From positions 22,218,210 through 22,282,209 of the forward strand of contig NC_134030.1 in assembly GCF_964204645.1 (NCBI RefSeq): a stretch of 64,000 bases of DNA, in the 5' to 3' direction. This DNA is from Tubulanus polymorphus (Eukaryota; Animalia; Nemertea). The notes beneath the pieces were generated by a model. It saw nothing but the letters and a program-made list of their open reading frames with translations, was not told where the DNA came from and searched no databases. The position numbers and the translations under genes were made by a program. Each line of letters opens with the position of its first letter. The first letter of the stretch is position 1. Shown here piece by piece: positions 11,821 through 26,649 of this stretch.

Positions 11821-12333
11821 CTGTTCATTTTCAATCATTTCTTCAACTCATGTCTGGTCAATGAAACCAATTCTAATTAACTTACTAATTATTACTTCAA
11901 CTAAGAAATTATCACCTCTTAACTAATTCGATGACTTATTTCTAAACGATTTTAGGCACATTCTTTGTAATTCCCTGTTATAATACTATCATCGCTCCGA
12001 TCAAAGCAGTCGATTAAAGATAGAATCCGTGTAAACTGTGAGATGAATTTAGAAATGGAAATTCACTAAAACTCAAACAGTCATCGTCAGGTGGAAATGA
12101 TGATGCTTGTTTAGTCACTTTAGGCCGAAACGTTGTGGTCTCGTTTTTAAATCAGCAATGATTGATTATCTAATTACCTTAATTATAAATAATTCAACTA
12201 TCCCCGATGATTCCTTAACTGAAAAACATCTTTTCAAATTTTGAAACTGATAATAAATTTGGATTTCGTCCATAGCACAGCAGTTTACACGGAGTCATCA
12301 CTGATATTTTCTAAAAGTACAAAATCTACTCAC

Positions 12334-12468
12334 AACAACAAGTTTTCTCTTGAATTCCTATAAACACTTGCAATACGAAGATTCCTGCTGCTGTTAATAT
12401 CTCAGATATCTCGAATCTCTGTTTATCTCGATTATGAACCGTTCCTGTCTGTAAGGCGTTGTTTTATA
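12334..12468 (-). promoter_or_regulatory. Putative TATA box and non-coding exon 1 of the GPCR
   Basis: Minus-strand TATAAAA at 12468-12462 and donor |GTGAGT at 12333. Acceptor CTTTCTCATTAAACAG| at 9550 lies 6 nt before the ATG. Confidence 0.45.
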
Positions 12469-12609
12469 ATCAGTTTTTCAACCAATCGGTGAGCCGGATT
12501 ATCACAATACTAACTGAACTGGACAGATCTAAACCATTCTATCGATGAATACTCGACAAACAAAAAGGTTTCGAGTCCGAGCTTGAGAGTGTGCCGGATC
12601 ATGGCTAAG

Positions 12610-12925
12610 ACTATGCAGGCTAAGGCCGGGGCTGCAGATTCCAGGCTGAGAGGTCCTGCAAGACATAGGCCGAGTGGGGTTATAGACTCTAGGTTGAGGG
12701 GTTTTCTGGCTCCAGGCCGAGGCGGGTACAGACTCCAGGCCGAGAGCTGCAGGCTCGAGACTTAGGGGGTACACTGTCCAGGTTGAGGGGCTGTAGGCTC
12801 GAGACCCGAGAGGGGTACACTGTCCAGGTTGAGGGGCTGCAGGCTCGAGACCCGAGAGGGGTACAGACTTCAGGTTGAGGGGTTTGCCGGCTCCAGGCTA
12901 AAGGGGCTCAGGCTTCAGGTGTTGA
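12610..12925. repeat. Degenerate GC-rich ~46-bp tandem repeat
   Basis: AGGTTGAGGGGCTG(T/C)AGGCTCGAGACCCGAGAGGGGTACACTGTCC-type units. Confidence 0.7.
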
Positions 12926-13489
12926 GGTGGTTAAACACGTCTAAAGGAGTGAATAGGTTGGCTGCATGTTTCCGGTTATCTGGTCGAGTTAAGGCTGTTT
13001 ATTCAAGTTGTGTCAGGTAGATCGTAAGGGGAACTGAGCTGTGTTTAACGATGAAATCTTTGATTGAGTGTTTGTGTGTGTGACCCCACCTCGAAATAAT
13101 CAATAACTAGTCACGTCGTTTCGTCCATCAGTTAGCAATCTAACACAGGAAGTGACGAGATAATTCAAACAGTAGACCGCACACGTGAACGCAGAGACAG
13201 CTTTCAATAAAACACGCCATACACATTTTATCGACAATAAATCTCAATTAGCGATTTATTGCTGCATCGATTTCCGCTCATTTTTAGTCACGAAACAGAA
13301 AAACAGATCGATAGAGATTTTTTAAAACAACGCGCCCAGTATCCATACTTCACTTTATTTCTGCATCTTAAACAAGCACTCGATATTATCGACTTTATTT
13401 TCACCGTTAGTTAAAAGGAAAACGCCTTTATTTCATTATCAATACCAGTACATCCATCGTAGTTTGAAAAGTTCATTTTCATTTAGAAA

Positions 13490-13645
13490 ATACCCCCAAT
13501 GAAGTTCATTACTTGTTCCTTATTCCGTTACTTAATGAGAATTCATCTCCCAATAACTTGTTCCTTGTTCCTTATTGGGAGATGAATTCTAAATAATTAA
13601 CGGAATAAGGAATAAGGAACAAGTAATGAACTTCACTGGGGTTTG
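13490..13645. mobile_element. Palindromic foldback/MITE-like element (also ~20577-20750 and ~26863-27019)
   Basis: CCCCAATGAAGTTCATTACTTGTTCCTTATTCCGTTA...GAATTCATCTCCCAATAA is mirrored by TTATTGGGAGATGAATTC...TAACGGAATAAGG...AACAAGTAATGAACTTCACTGGGG. Confidence 0.7.
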
Positions 13646-15023
13646 GAAAATTACGTTTTCGACGACAAAAAATGTTGTTCCCAAAAGAAGCGGTGAAGTT
13701 TCGGGAAACACGTTTTTCTGTTCGGTGTTTTGTTTTCTGACTCCAGCAGACACGGCAAAACAAAACACATCGCAAAAGTTTTTCACCAAGAAAAAAACGT
13801 CTAATTCGTCTGTGGGCTGGCCGCACCATCCTGTGCACACCATCGGACTCTGGACACAGTATCATGTCTAACTGGTTTTAATCGATCTTCGCTCTTTAAA
13901 CTGCGGGTCTCTACTAAAAATCAATCCATTATTCACCAAAAGGAATTATTGTAATATGTTAACTTACAAAACGTCGCTAAAAAAATCTTTAATTCCGAAA
14001 TAATTCAAACAAAGCTGCAGAATATAGTTATAGAATATTCTTTTATTTAGTCTTTCACTCGGAGCGTGAAGTAAAAATACCGATCTCTTTACAAATATTG
14101 CCTATATTTAAAACGTCGGACCTTAACTAAATCCTTGGTTATTTATATATTTCTAAAATGTATTTCTATCGGTAAGGTCATTGTGCTGCTCCTGTGAACA
14201 TCATATAATTGTAGTCCAAACATTCTAAAAGGTGTTACGTGTTTGCGACAAGTTGAGAATCAATAATTCAATAATTTATCAGCTTCATCTTCGTCGTTGT
14301 GTCGATTGTGATGTTCACGGTGTTGTTCCAGCACTAGAGGTTATATTCCTTTGACAAATCTATTCACAAACTGTCCTAAAATTACGAATCCTATCTGATC
14401 TCTTCAAAACAATCCTTATCTCATAACTCCCTTTTCTCTAAAAATCTCACGAGTACTTACAAAAAAGAATCTAGTTATTTGCTATAAATGACTTAAGCTT
14501 GTACAAAAAAATCTAATTAACCTACATATTACTATTTGTCTTCGCGCTTACTCATTAAAGTAAAACAATTTTAGAGGTTTAAGACCTATTAAGTTAAGAA
14601 TCCTGATCAATTCAAAATAATCCTTATACATAGTTTAGTGCCGATTACGATGTTATGGGCGTTTTCCCAGCACTAGGTTTATATACCTAATACAATTAAA
14701 CCTATTTACAAACCATCCTAAAGTTGAGAATCCTATCTTATCTATTCCTAATTAACTCAATAATCATTACGAGATTTCACCCGAAAGCTCGTTATACTTA
14801 CAAAAAACAAACTTACTCATTAAACTAACAATTTAAAAGGTTAAATCTGTGCAGATTAACATTTTCTATTTACGGTTTGAATACAATTCTTCCATATCTA
14901 TTCAGGAGTTGTGTCTTTGCCCTTCGCGGCTTTCATATCCATATATGGAGTTGTATATTGCACAGAAGCATACGAATAAAGTTAATTATCATCTTCCAGA
15001 GGTTCATCGGTATCTTCCACCAA

Positions 15024-18000
15024 CTAAGGATACGTCGTCTTCTTCAAGGCTTCAGGATTCATGTATTGATCTGTGTCTGTATCTCCACCGGCGCTAGGAG
15101 TTGTCACGTCTATCGCGCCTTCAGTGCTCCTGTACGTGTCCTCTTCTATCCCAGGTCCCATATCCATATAAGGAGTTGTATCTTTGCCCTTACCGGCTTC
15201 CATAGCCATGTGAGGAGCTGTATCGTTTTCATTCTCGGCTCTCATGGCTTTATGACTTTGTTGTAATCCAGTTACAGTATTTCTCAAAAGTTTTCTTTTT
15301 GAAACATTCTCGGGATTTCTGTCGTCGTCCGGGTCTTCGTAGATGTTCAACTCGTCATCTGTTGTTTCAAGCTGTTGCGGTTGTTTTGAAGTGTCCACAT
15401 GACCTTCACCGGTTTCAAGCTGTTGCGGTTGTGTTGAAGTATCTACATGACCTTCACCGGACGAACGTCGTCTGCATCTGAAATGTGTAATTTATGCAGC
15501 ATTTTTTACAGTTAATTTCAACGTATTTCGAAAAGGTTGTGAACTGCAAAATAACAGAAATCTAGTACCGATTTTGCACTATTCCACAATTGGTGCCAAA
15601 CGTACAACCAAACATTTTAAGGACAAATGGTATTACGTTGAGTGCTCTCTTTTAAGCTCTGATTTTCATAAAAGTCTTGACACAGACACATAAGATCTCT
15701 TCGCAAAAACTGGTTGTGCACAGTAGGTTCGAGTCCCGATCTCGCGATCCCGGCATTTATTTTTAAAAGTAAACATCGTTAACTGTTTAAATTAACCCAC
15801 CGGTCGGTTTGATTTTTATCATCATCCAGACTTACTGGCAGCAAACTCACTGATCTGGCACTCTGTATTATAACATGTTTAATTTTTTTCATCTTCAACT
15901 TACAACGAATTCGATGTTGTATTTAGATAATGTCGATGGCGATAGAAGGAGATTGACTTAGATCTAGCTGAAGTTTAGTCAAAACTTCGAAACCGTCAAA
16001 ATATCAACTGTGGGTTTTCCCATCAACACCGAGTTCATACCGGGAGGGGGGGAGGGTATGTCGAGTTCATACCTGCGAATAGTGATAACAGCGATAGCAA
16101 CGATCAAAAAGGATCCAGCCGCTCCACCGACGATGTATGAGGGGTCCGATGTAGTCTGAAAGATGTAACAATGATGAAATTACTATCACGAACGACCATT
16201 TAATCGCATATTTGTTACTGCGATCATCAACAATATTCAACCCGTAATGATTTAAAACGTGGTATCCTATATGAAAATAGCTTATACTGTGTTTAATTCA
16301 CGACAGATTTAGACGTGGATCAAGAGTGTTCCAAATCGCATAAGGGCACTCAATATTACGGGCTGCTTTATCCTTCACCGAGTGTCTGATGTTAGACTAA
16401 GATCGTAGAGCGACGGGGATTTTTGTGGAGGCAACCACTGCCAGAGAACTGTATCCATGCCTCACGAGCGCGGTAGCCACTGACATGGCTTTTGGGCACC
16501 TCCTTCGGAAATGTAGGTAGGAATTAAAGACAATTTTAGGCCATGCAAAATAAAAACAAACAACTGAATAAATTGACATCCAGCTCGACTATCTATACAA
16601 TAAAACAACTAGATATTCACCTTTGGTGGATCAGTATTTGCTTTGTCTGAAACCAAAAGTGAAAAAGAAATTCAGGCTTCGATCTCTGAACCTCACGTCT
16701 AACAGTTGACAATTCTACCACTATTAGTTCGATTATAGGGACCTGAACAGAGCCGTAAAGGCTGTGACATCACTAGGACGTTCGGGCCAGTTGAAAAAAA
16801 GTTTATTATGACATGTGGTAATTGAAATAGAAATAGTCATATTAAAACAGTCCTTGTTTTATATCTGATGATGGAAAATGATGTTTGTTTTGTGTTTTAC
16901 GCTTTTATGGTTGTTCAACTACCGCAACTTTCTACTGAAGATTTATATATACATATATTTACATTACGATTTTATTTTACACTCCAACCATTTCCATTGA
17001 GGAAAACATTATACATCGACACTAGTTCCCCCTAGCGGAGAACTAGTGTCGATATTATATTCTAACTCTTACTCCTACCTGTTTCGCTATTTTCCACGAC
17101 AGTGCTGCCATCTTTACCGATTTTAAAGGTAAATTCTCTTTCCATGCTGCGGGTTTCTGCGCCATGTTTCCACGTGAATTTCACCATAACTGCCACTTCT
17201 CCCGCCATATTTGTCGGAAACGTCAAATTTAAACTCATTTGATCGTTAACAGCTTCGCTCGCGACATTTCCGTCGCTGATGAATCGATTGTTAGCTTTAA
17301 AACGATGGGCAACATTGAACACGATTCCAGGTTGTTGCGCGGTCCATTTCACCACTCGACCTTCAACTCGCCAGTTCTTGAAATATTGACCAGTATCATC
17401 TGAAAACATAAACAAATCAGCACTCCTAGCGGTCATTCGAGAACTATATATTCAGAATAATAATCATGTACAAACCTTTGTTTTCGATGTCTATATTAAA
17501 GTTATCAGTGCATTTATACGTGCAGGTTTTATCGGGGATCTGAATAGACCACGTGTTTCCGGTTAGTCTAGTAGCATGCATTGCGTCATCGTCACCACAT
17601 TTACACGTGACAGTTGTTTGTACATTGTAATTGTATATCATATGAACAGTCGTGTCGTTTACTCGACTCCAGCTCCCAGCCGCACCTAGAAACATTATAC
17701 ACTTAAACATGCTTAATCGTGTTAATGACGTCATAGGGGGATCTATAAACTGCTCTCCCGCTTTTTACACTTACCAGTAGGGTCCGCCGGTGTAGTTTTA
17801 GGTTTGGGAATAACTGTTACTCTTAAATTTTCTTTCGATTTCTTGAGGTTCGTACGAGAGACGCATCTGAACTGTGAGTTGTTGAGTGTCATATCGCCAC
17901 GGATTGTTAATTGTTTCTCGGATGAATAAAGTTTCCACTGATCATCATTTTCTAATAGATAATCCCAGTGTATTCTCCCTTTATCGTATTTACACATGTA

Positions 18001-19868
18001 AGTTTTTGATTCTCCTTCATTCAATTTCACCTCATAATTCATTAAATCATTCCCCGATGCATTAACTATCACTGGAAAACCGTCTGTAAATAAACATATT
18101 CTGATTATGTCAATCGTTCAGTTACTGGTTTTATATTTCAACCTAAGTAATGATGATAAAAATCTTTCAATTTGTATGAAAAAATTGTTCATAGTAAAAA
18201 CTGCATCATGGTTACAAAAATCACAATGTGTTTAAATTTGTTCAGATCAATTTTCCGATCGAAGAGTTCCACAAAAACGTGGAGACAATAAATCGGATGC
18301 AACGTCCGCCTTATGTTTTAATAACGATTGGGAATTTTAACCTAATTTTAACTGAATATTAATTGAGTAAGTCTCCCGGGTTTAAGTTAATACCACCCCT
18401 GGGGGTATAAACAGAGCGGTAATTCACCACACAAAGAATTTTAGTATCCACGCTATGTTTGGGCCCCAAACATTAAATGATCTGGCAGATTGTGTTTAAA
18501 CTCATCTCTCTGTCTCTCTACCTTCGCTCCGTCTAGTAATGTGTATCTCTTCTTCGATGATCTCCGGGATAACGAGGGCATTGTGGAGCCGTGACGTCAG
18601 ATATCTGGACTTCATTCGCGGTGGTTTCACAACTAAATATAAAAAACAGTTTTCCAGAAAAAAAATCGTTAAAAATCGATTATTAGAAAACGCGACGCTC
18701 TCCTTAGAATTTGAAACTAATGTTCTCTTATTTCTAGTCGATTGAGATTGGAAAATTAAACAACATTATTCTAAATTGTGGACGCCTTAGAATTACTAGA
18801 TCATCAGAAACCATCGGAATCTATCCTATTTGAGTTTAGGGAAGGGTATAAGACCCTCTAGAAGTATGAAAACCCGTCATTTTTTGAAAATATTCTTTTT
18901 GAAATTAAGTTAGCACGATCTGAAATTAAGAAAGTTAGCACGTAAAGAGTTAAAAACACTCGTTTATGAAAAGACGTCTGTAAGACAAGCTGGCCTCTGC
19001 TGTGAGAGAATAATGTTTACAGCTTAATATCGGATTGACAATATCAGCTGATATTATTCATATCTGATACGTGAGACTCGTGGAACTTCCTTTTCATATT
19101 TATTGGTTTAGTCGCATACCAGGGACGGTGTCGTCCATTAAAATGACGTGTTTGTTGGAGAGGTTAAGATATTTTTTTTATGTTTTTCTCTACGTTCGGT
19201 TGGTTTATATTTTACAGAAAGCCGTATCAACATCGTGATTTAGGGTCCCGCTATAGTACAGAACGAAATACGAAGCAAAATGTAACGAAATGGTGATATT
19301 TCAAATACGACCGCACTTCAGTCCAAAGCTAGTTATAACACCAGCCACGGGACTGCGGTGGAAGGAATGTGGCGGTTTTAACGAAACGTCGAGCGTGAGA
19401 ATTTACGGTGTAATATTCTCACTCCCTGTTGCGCGGACGTAGGCCTACTGTAGAAATATATATAGAATATGGGAAAAACCGGGACTGCCCAAGCGATGGC
19501 ACCGAACACTCCGAAAAGACTAGCAAAAAACCCGAACAATAACATCCCAAAATCCACACCAAAAAAGAGTTGAACGTTTTATCAAGATAGCAAATTAGAA
19601 AAGGCAAGATTTTAGTGACCTGTGATACTGAACTCCCCTAATCGCTTAAAGATAATATTAGCCTTTGGGAGGGTACATCGGTTGCCTGACAGGGGTGGGA
19701 AAAAGGGGACCCCTCAACGGATCGCAAATCCGATAGAAACATAATTACTAAGACGAGTAATGACAGCCGCAGTTACTTACTTATAGCTCCAGATGTTTCT
19801 GTAGTGTATAAATCCCCCAGTAGAAATAAAACCGTGCAGATTATTAAGAACAAACTTGTCCTCGTCAT
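15024..19868 (-). CDS. Ig-like type I membrane receptor, paralogue 1 (~496 aa)
   Basis: Exons 19868-19781 (signal peptide [18 protein letters not shown]), 18083-17775 (Ig, C-W-C), 17685-17476, 17399-17079, 16646-16621, 16155-16073 (TM) and 15477-15024 (tail with NIYED, PYMDM, QYMNP). Phases are consistent, 1491 nt in total. Confidence 0.85.
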
Positions 19869-19963
19869 CGTGATATCGAAAGGATTGATTCTGGTAAACA
19901 TCTAAAATAATCAATCGCTCTGATTGAGGAAGTTTTATACATATACAGATACATACATACACC

Positions 19964-20190
<227 letters not shown>

Positions 20191-20369
20191 GTCGTGTCAT
20201 TTTTCTCCTGTATTATGTGTCTTGGTAATGCAGATTTAAAAAACAAATTTGTTGGTCATGCGAATGATCAAGATTTATACTTAAAAAGTATAATAGATTT
20301 GATAATGAACGATGTCCCTATGTTGAACTTAAGAAACTTGGTAGCAAGTTTAAGATTAATCCATCAAAC

Positions 20370-20500
20370 TTGACTGTCCTACAAGTCAATATTCATAGTC
20401 TTACGTGTAAATTACAAGAATTAATAATCGATAATCTAGCGAAGCAAATAATAGTTCTAGATATCATCATGATCTGTGAAACCTTCATAAATGACAAAAT
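20370..20500 (+). mobile_element. LINE AP-endonuclease fragment
   Basis: Degenerate copy of 26650-26790. Confidence 0.6.
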
Positions 20501-22086
20501 GCTTCATTATGCCTTTATTTCATTATCAATACCAGTACATCCATCGTAGTTTGAAAAGTTCATTTCCATTTAGAAAATACCCCCAGTGAAATTCATTACT
20601 TGTTCCTTATTCCGTTACTTAATGAGAATTCATCTCCCAATAAGGAACAAGTAACAAGTAACTTGTTCCTTGTTCCTTATTGGGAGATGAATTCTAAATA
20701 ATTAACGGAATAAGGAATAAGGAACAAGTAATGAATTTCACTGGGTATTGGAAAATTACGTTTTCGACGACACAAAACGTTGTTCCCAAAAGAAGCGGTG
20801 AAGTTTCGGAAAACACGTTTTTCTGTTCGGCGTTTTGTTTTCTGACTCCAACAGACACGGCAAAACAAAACACATCACAAAAGTTTTTCACCAAGAAAAA
20901 ACGTCTAATTCGTCTGTGGGCTGGCCGCACCATCCTGTGCCCACCATCGGACTCTGGACACAGTATCATGTCTAACTGGTATTAATCGATCTTTGCTCTA
21001 TAAACTGCGGGTCTCTACTAAGAAATCAATCCATTATTCACCAAAAATAGTTATTGTAATATGTTAACTTACAAAACGTCGCTGAAAAAATCTTTAATTC
21101 TGAAATAATACCAACAAAGCTGCAGAATATAGTTATAGAATATTCTTTTATTTAGTCTTTCACTCGGAGCGTGAAGTAAAAATACCGATCTCTTTACAAA
21201 TATCGCCTATATTTAAAACGTCGGACCTTAACTAAATCCTTGGTTATTTATATATTTCTAAAATGTATTTCTATCGGTAAGGTCATTGTGCTGCTCCTGT
21301 GAACATCATATAATTGTAGTGCAAACATTCTAAAAGGTGTTACGTGTTTGCGACAAGTTGAGAATCAATAATTCAATAATTTATCAGCTTCATCTTCGTC
21401 GTTGTGTCGATTGTGATGTTCACGGTGTTGTTCCCTCACTAGAGGTTATATTCCTTTGACAAATCTATTCACAAACTGTCCTAAAATTACGAATCCTATC
21501 TGATCTTTTCAAAACAATCCTTATCTCATAACTCCCTTTTCTCTAAAAATCCCACGATTACTTACAAAAAAGAATCTAGTTATTTGCTATAAATGACTTA
21601 AGCTTGTACAAAAAAATCTAATTAACCTACATATTACTATTTGTCTTCGCGCTTACTCATTAAAGTAAAACAATTTTAGAGGTTTAAGACCTATTAAGTT
21701 AAGAATCCTGATCAATTCAAAATAATCCTTATACATAGTTTAGTGCCGATTGCGATGTTATGGGCGTTTTCCCAGCACTAGGTCTATATACCTAATACAA
21801 TTAAACCTATTTACAAACCATCCTAAAGTTGAGAATCCTATCTTATCTATTCCTAATTAACTCAATAATCATTACGAGATTTCGCCCGAAAGCTCGTTAT
21901 ACTTACAAAAAACAAACTTACTCATTAAACTAACAATTTAAAAGGTTAAATCTGTGCAGATAAACATTTTCTATTTACGGTTTGAATACAATTCTTCCAT
22001 ATCTATTAAGGATTTGTGTCTTTGCCCTTCGCGGCTTTCATATCCATATATGGAGTTGTATATTGCACAGAAGCATACGAATAAAG

Positions 22087-25000
22087 TTAATTATCATCCT
22101 CCAGAGGTTCATCGGTATCTTCCACCAACTGAAGATACGTCGTCTTCTTCAAAGCTTCAGGATTCATGTATTGATCTGTGTCTGTATCTCCACGGGCGCT
22201 AGGAGTTGTCACGTCTATCGGGCCTTCAGTGCTCATGTATGTATCCTCTTCTATCCCAGGTCCCATATCCATATAAGGAGTTGTATATTTGCCCTTACCG
22301 GCTTCCATAGCCATGTGAGGAGTTGTATCGTTTTCCTTCTCGGCTCTCATGGCTTTATGACTTTGTTGTAATCCAGTATTTCTCAAAAGTTTTCTTTTTG
22401 AAACATTCTCGGGATTTCTGTCGTCCGGGTCTTCGTAGATGTTCAACTCGTCATTTGTTGTTTCAAGCTGTTGCTGTGCTGTTGAAGTGTCCACATGACC
22501 TTCACCGGTTTCAAGCTGTTGCGGTTGTGTTGAAGTATCCACATGACCTTCACCGGACGAACGTCGTCTGCATCTGAAATGTGTAATTTATGCAGCATTT
22601 TTTACAGTTAATTTCAACGTATTTCGAAAAGGTTGTGAACTGCAAAATAACAGAAATCTAGTACCGATTTTGCACTATTCCACAATTGGTGCCAAACGTA
22701 CAACCAAACATTTTAAGGACAAATGGTATTACGTTGATTGCTCTCTTTTAAGCTCTGATTTTCATTTAAGTCTTGACACAGACACATATGACTCTCTTCG
22801 CAAAACTGGTTGTGCACAGTAGGTTCGAGTCCCGATCTCGCGATCCCGGCATTTATTTTTAAAAGTAAACATCGTTAACTGTTTAAATTAACCCACCGGT
22901 CGGTTTGATTTTTATAATCATCCAGACTTACTGGCAGCAAACTCACTGATCTGGCACTCTGTATAATAACATGTTTAATTTTTTCATCTTCAACTTACAA
23001 CGAATTCAATGTTGTATTTAAATATATATCGATGGCGATAGAAGGAGATTGACTTAGATCTAGCTGAAGTTTAGTCAAGACTTCGAAACCGTCAAAGTAT
23101 AACAACTTTGGGTGTTTCCTATTAACACGGGGGGGGGGGGTATGTCGAGTTCATACCGGGAGGTGGGGGAGGTTATGTCGAGTTCATACCTGCGAATAGT
23201 GATAACAGCGATGAGAACGATCAAAATGAATCCAGTCGCTCCATTCGTGATGTAGAGTACTGTAATGGTCCAGTGATTGGGGTCTGATGTAGTCTGAAAG
23301 ATATAATAATGATGGAATTGCCATCGCGAACGACCATTTAATCGCATATTTGTTACAGTGATCATCAACAATATTCAACCCGTAATGATTTAAAACGTGG
23401 TATCCTATATGTAAATACCAAACTGCGTTTAAAATCGCTACGGGTTCAGGCGTGGATGGAGGGTCCTATCTCGAGGGAGCTCCATGCCTCACGAGCGCGA
23501 TAGCTATTGAGGGGGTGTGGGGACCTTCCCCGCCAAATGGTAACGATTAAAGATTTGGGCCATTCTGGTCGATTTTGGAGGCTTGAAAGCTTAAAAACAC
23601 TGGACATTGTTGTAAAATTCTAACCCAAGACTGAGAAGAAAGGGACTTTTTTCCAAGTGATAGGATAATGAAGTTTTCACGGATATCTCCCAAAGTAAGA
23701 TTCTATACTAAACTTGTAATACATGTTATGCAAAATACAAAACAAATGAATTGAAATTAAATTTCAAATTGCTTTTATGGTAAATATCGCATTGTCATTG
23801 ACAAGAAAGTCTGTATACAATGCGCAGTATACAATATAAACTTGAAATGCATGTAATGCAAAATAAAGACAAACAACTGAATAAATTGACATCCAGCTCG
23901 ACTATCTATAGAATAAAACAACTAGATATTCACCTTTGGTGGATCAGTATTTGCTTTGTCTGAAAGGAAAAATGGAAAAGAAATTCAGGCTTCGATCTCT
24001 GAACCTCACGTCTAACAGTTGACAATTCTACCACTATTAGTTCGATTATAGGGACCTGAACAGAGCAGTAAAGGCTGTGACATCACAGCCTTTCAGAATA
24101 ATAATCATGTACAAACCTTTGTTTTCGATGTCTATATTAAAGTCACCAGTGCATTCATACGTGCAGGTTTTATCATCGGGGATCTGAATAGACCACGTGT
24201 TTCCGGTAAGTCTAATAGCATGTATTGCGTCATCGTCACCACATTTACACGTGACAGTTGTTTTCACATCGTAATTGTATATCATATGAACAGTCGTGTC
24301 GTTTACTCGACTCCAGCTCCCAGCCGCTCCTAGAAACATGATACACTTAAACATGCTTAATCGTGTTAATGACGTCATTGGGGGATCTATAAACTTCTCT
24401 CCCGCTTTTTACACTTACCAGTAGGGTTAGCCGGTGTAGTTTTAGGTTTGGGAATAACTGTTACTTTTAAAACATTTACTGACGTTTTCAGGGAATGTCC
24501 GATACTGGAGAAACATCTGAACTGTAAGTTGTTGAGTGTCATATGTCCACGGATTGTTAATCGTTTCCCGTATGAATAATATTTCCACTCATCATCATTT
24601 TCTAATCGCTTTTCCCACACTATTCTCCCTGTATCGTGTTTACACGTGTAAGTTTTTGATTCTCCTTCATTCAATTTCACCTCATTATTCATTAAATCAT
24701 TCCCCGCTGCATCAACTATCACTGGGAGACCGTCTGTAAATAAACATATTCTGATTATGTCAATCATTCAGTTACTGGTTTTATATTTCAACTTAAGTAA
24801 TGATGATAAAAATCTTTAAATTTGTATAAAAAACTTGTTCATAGTAAAAACTGCATCATGGTTACAAAAATCACAATGTGTTTAAATTAGTTAAATTAAG
24901 TTAGCACGATCTGAAATTAAGAAAGTTAGCACGTAAGGAGTTAAAAACACTCGTTTATGAAAAGACGTCTGTAAGACAAGCTGACCTCTGCTGTGAGAGA

Positions 25001-25851
25001 ATATTGTTTACAGCTTAATATCGGTTTGAAAATATCAGCTGATATTATTCATATCTGATACGTGAGACTCGTGGAACTTCCTTTTCACATTTATTGGTTT
25101 AGTCGCATACCAGGGACGGTGTCGTCCATTAAAATGACGTGTTTTTTGGAGAGGTTAAGATATTTTTTCATGTTTTTCTCTACGTTCGGTTGGTTCATAT
25201 TTTACAGAAATCCGTATCAACATCGTGATTTAGGGTCCCGCTAAAGTACAGAACGAAATACGAAGCAAAATGTAACGAAATGGTGATATTTCAAACACGA
25301 CCGCACTTCAGTCCAAAGCTCGTTATAACACCAGCCACGGGACTGCGGTGGAAGGAATGTGGCGGTTTTAACGAAACGTCGAGCGTGAGAATTTACGGTG
25401 TAATATTCTCACTCCCTGTTGCGCGGACGTAGGCCTACTGTAGAAATATATATAGAATATGGGAAAAACCGGGACTGCCCAAGCGATGGCACCGAACACT
25501 CCGAAAAGACAAACCCGAACAATAACATCCCAAAATCCACACAAAAAAAGAGTTGAACGTTTTATCAAGATAGCAAATTAGAAAAGGCAAGATTTTAGTG
25601 ACCTGTGATACTGAACTCCCCTAATCGCTTAAAGATAATATAAGCCTTTGGGAGGGTACATCGGTTACCTGACAGGGGTGGGAAAAAGGGGACCCCTAAA
25701 CGGATCGCAAATCCGATAGAAACATAATTACTAAGACAAGTAATGACAGCCGCAGTTACTTACTTATAGCTCCAGATGTTTCTGTAGTGTATAAATCCCC
25801 CAGTAGAAATAAAACCGTGCAGATTATTAAGAACAAACTTGTCCTCGTCAT
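22087..25851 (-). CDS. Ig-like type I membrane receptor, paralogue 2 (~410 aa, lacks domain 3)
   Basis: Exons 25851-25764, 24733-24419, 24329-24117, 23959-23934, 23293-23190 (TM) and 22573-22087, 1233 nt in frame. Tail has NIYED, PYMDM, TYMST, QYMNP and TTYLQL. Confidence 0.85.
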
Positions 25852-25934
25852 CGTGATATCGAAAGGATTGATTCACATCTAAAAAATAATCGCTCTGATT
25901 GAGGAAGTGATATACATATACAGATACATATACC

Positions 25935-26225
<291 letters not shown>

Positions 26226-26649
26226 CACTAATATTGTAACAATTCAACTTCAAATAGTCAGATATTTTATATCACACGATTTTTGCGATTTTCCTTTTTG
26301 ATATGTAAAGTGTAAAGTGCGCCATCATTTAAGGAAAGCTTTAACGGAAACAAATCTTCCGCAGAAAGGAATTAATTACTCATTATATATTGTTAGCTAA
26401 GTTTAGCTATTGTTGTCTCGGAGACACTCTGGTGCTATTATGCTGCAAGTAGTTGACACCGTGTCATTTTTCTCCTGTATTATGTGTCTCGGTAATGCAG
26501 ATTTAAAAAACAAATTTGTTGGTCATGCGAATGATCAAGATTTATACTTAATAAGTATAATAGATGATTAACAGTCATTTGATAATGAACGATGTCCCTA
26601 TGTTGAACTTAATGAACTTGGTAGCAAATTTAAGATTAATCCATCAAAC

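Noticed and set aside
9609-11834. Multiple long ORFs (MWNPPLYHS...)
   Set aside because: Translations of a 28/24-bp minisatellite inside the GPCR 5' intron.
14849-15481. Plus-strand ORFs repeated in all three units (also the ORFs at 13572-13871)
   Set aside because: Antisense shadows of the tail exon or repeat-derived. They recur only because of the recent triplication.
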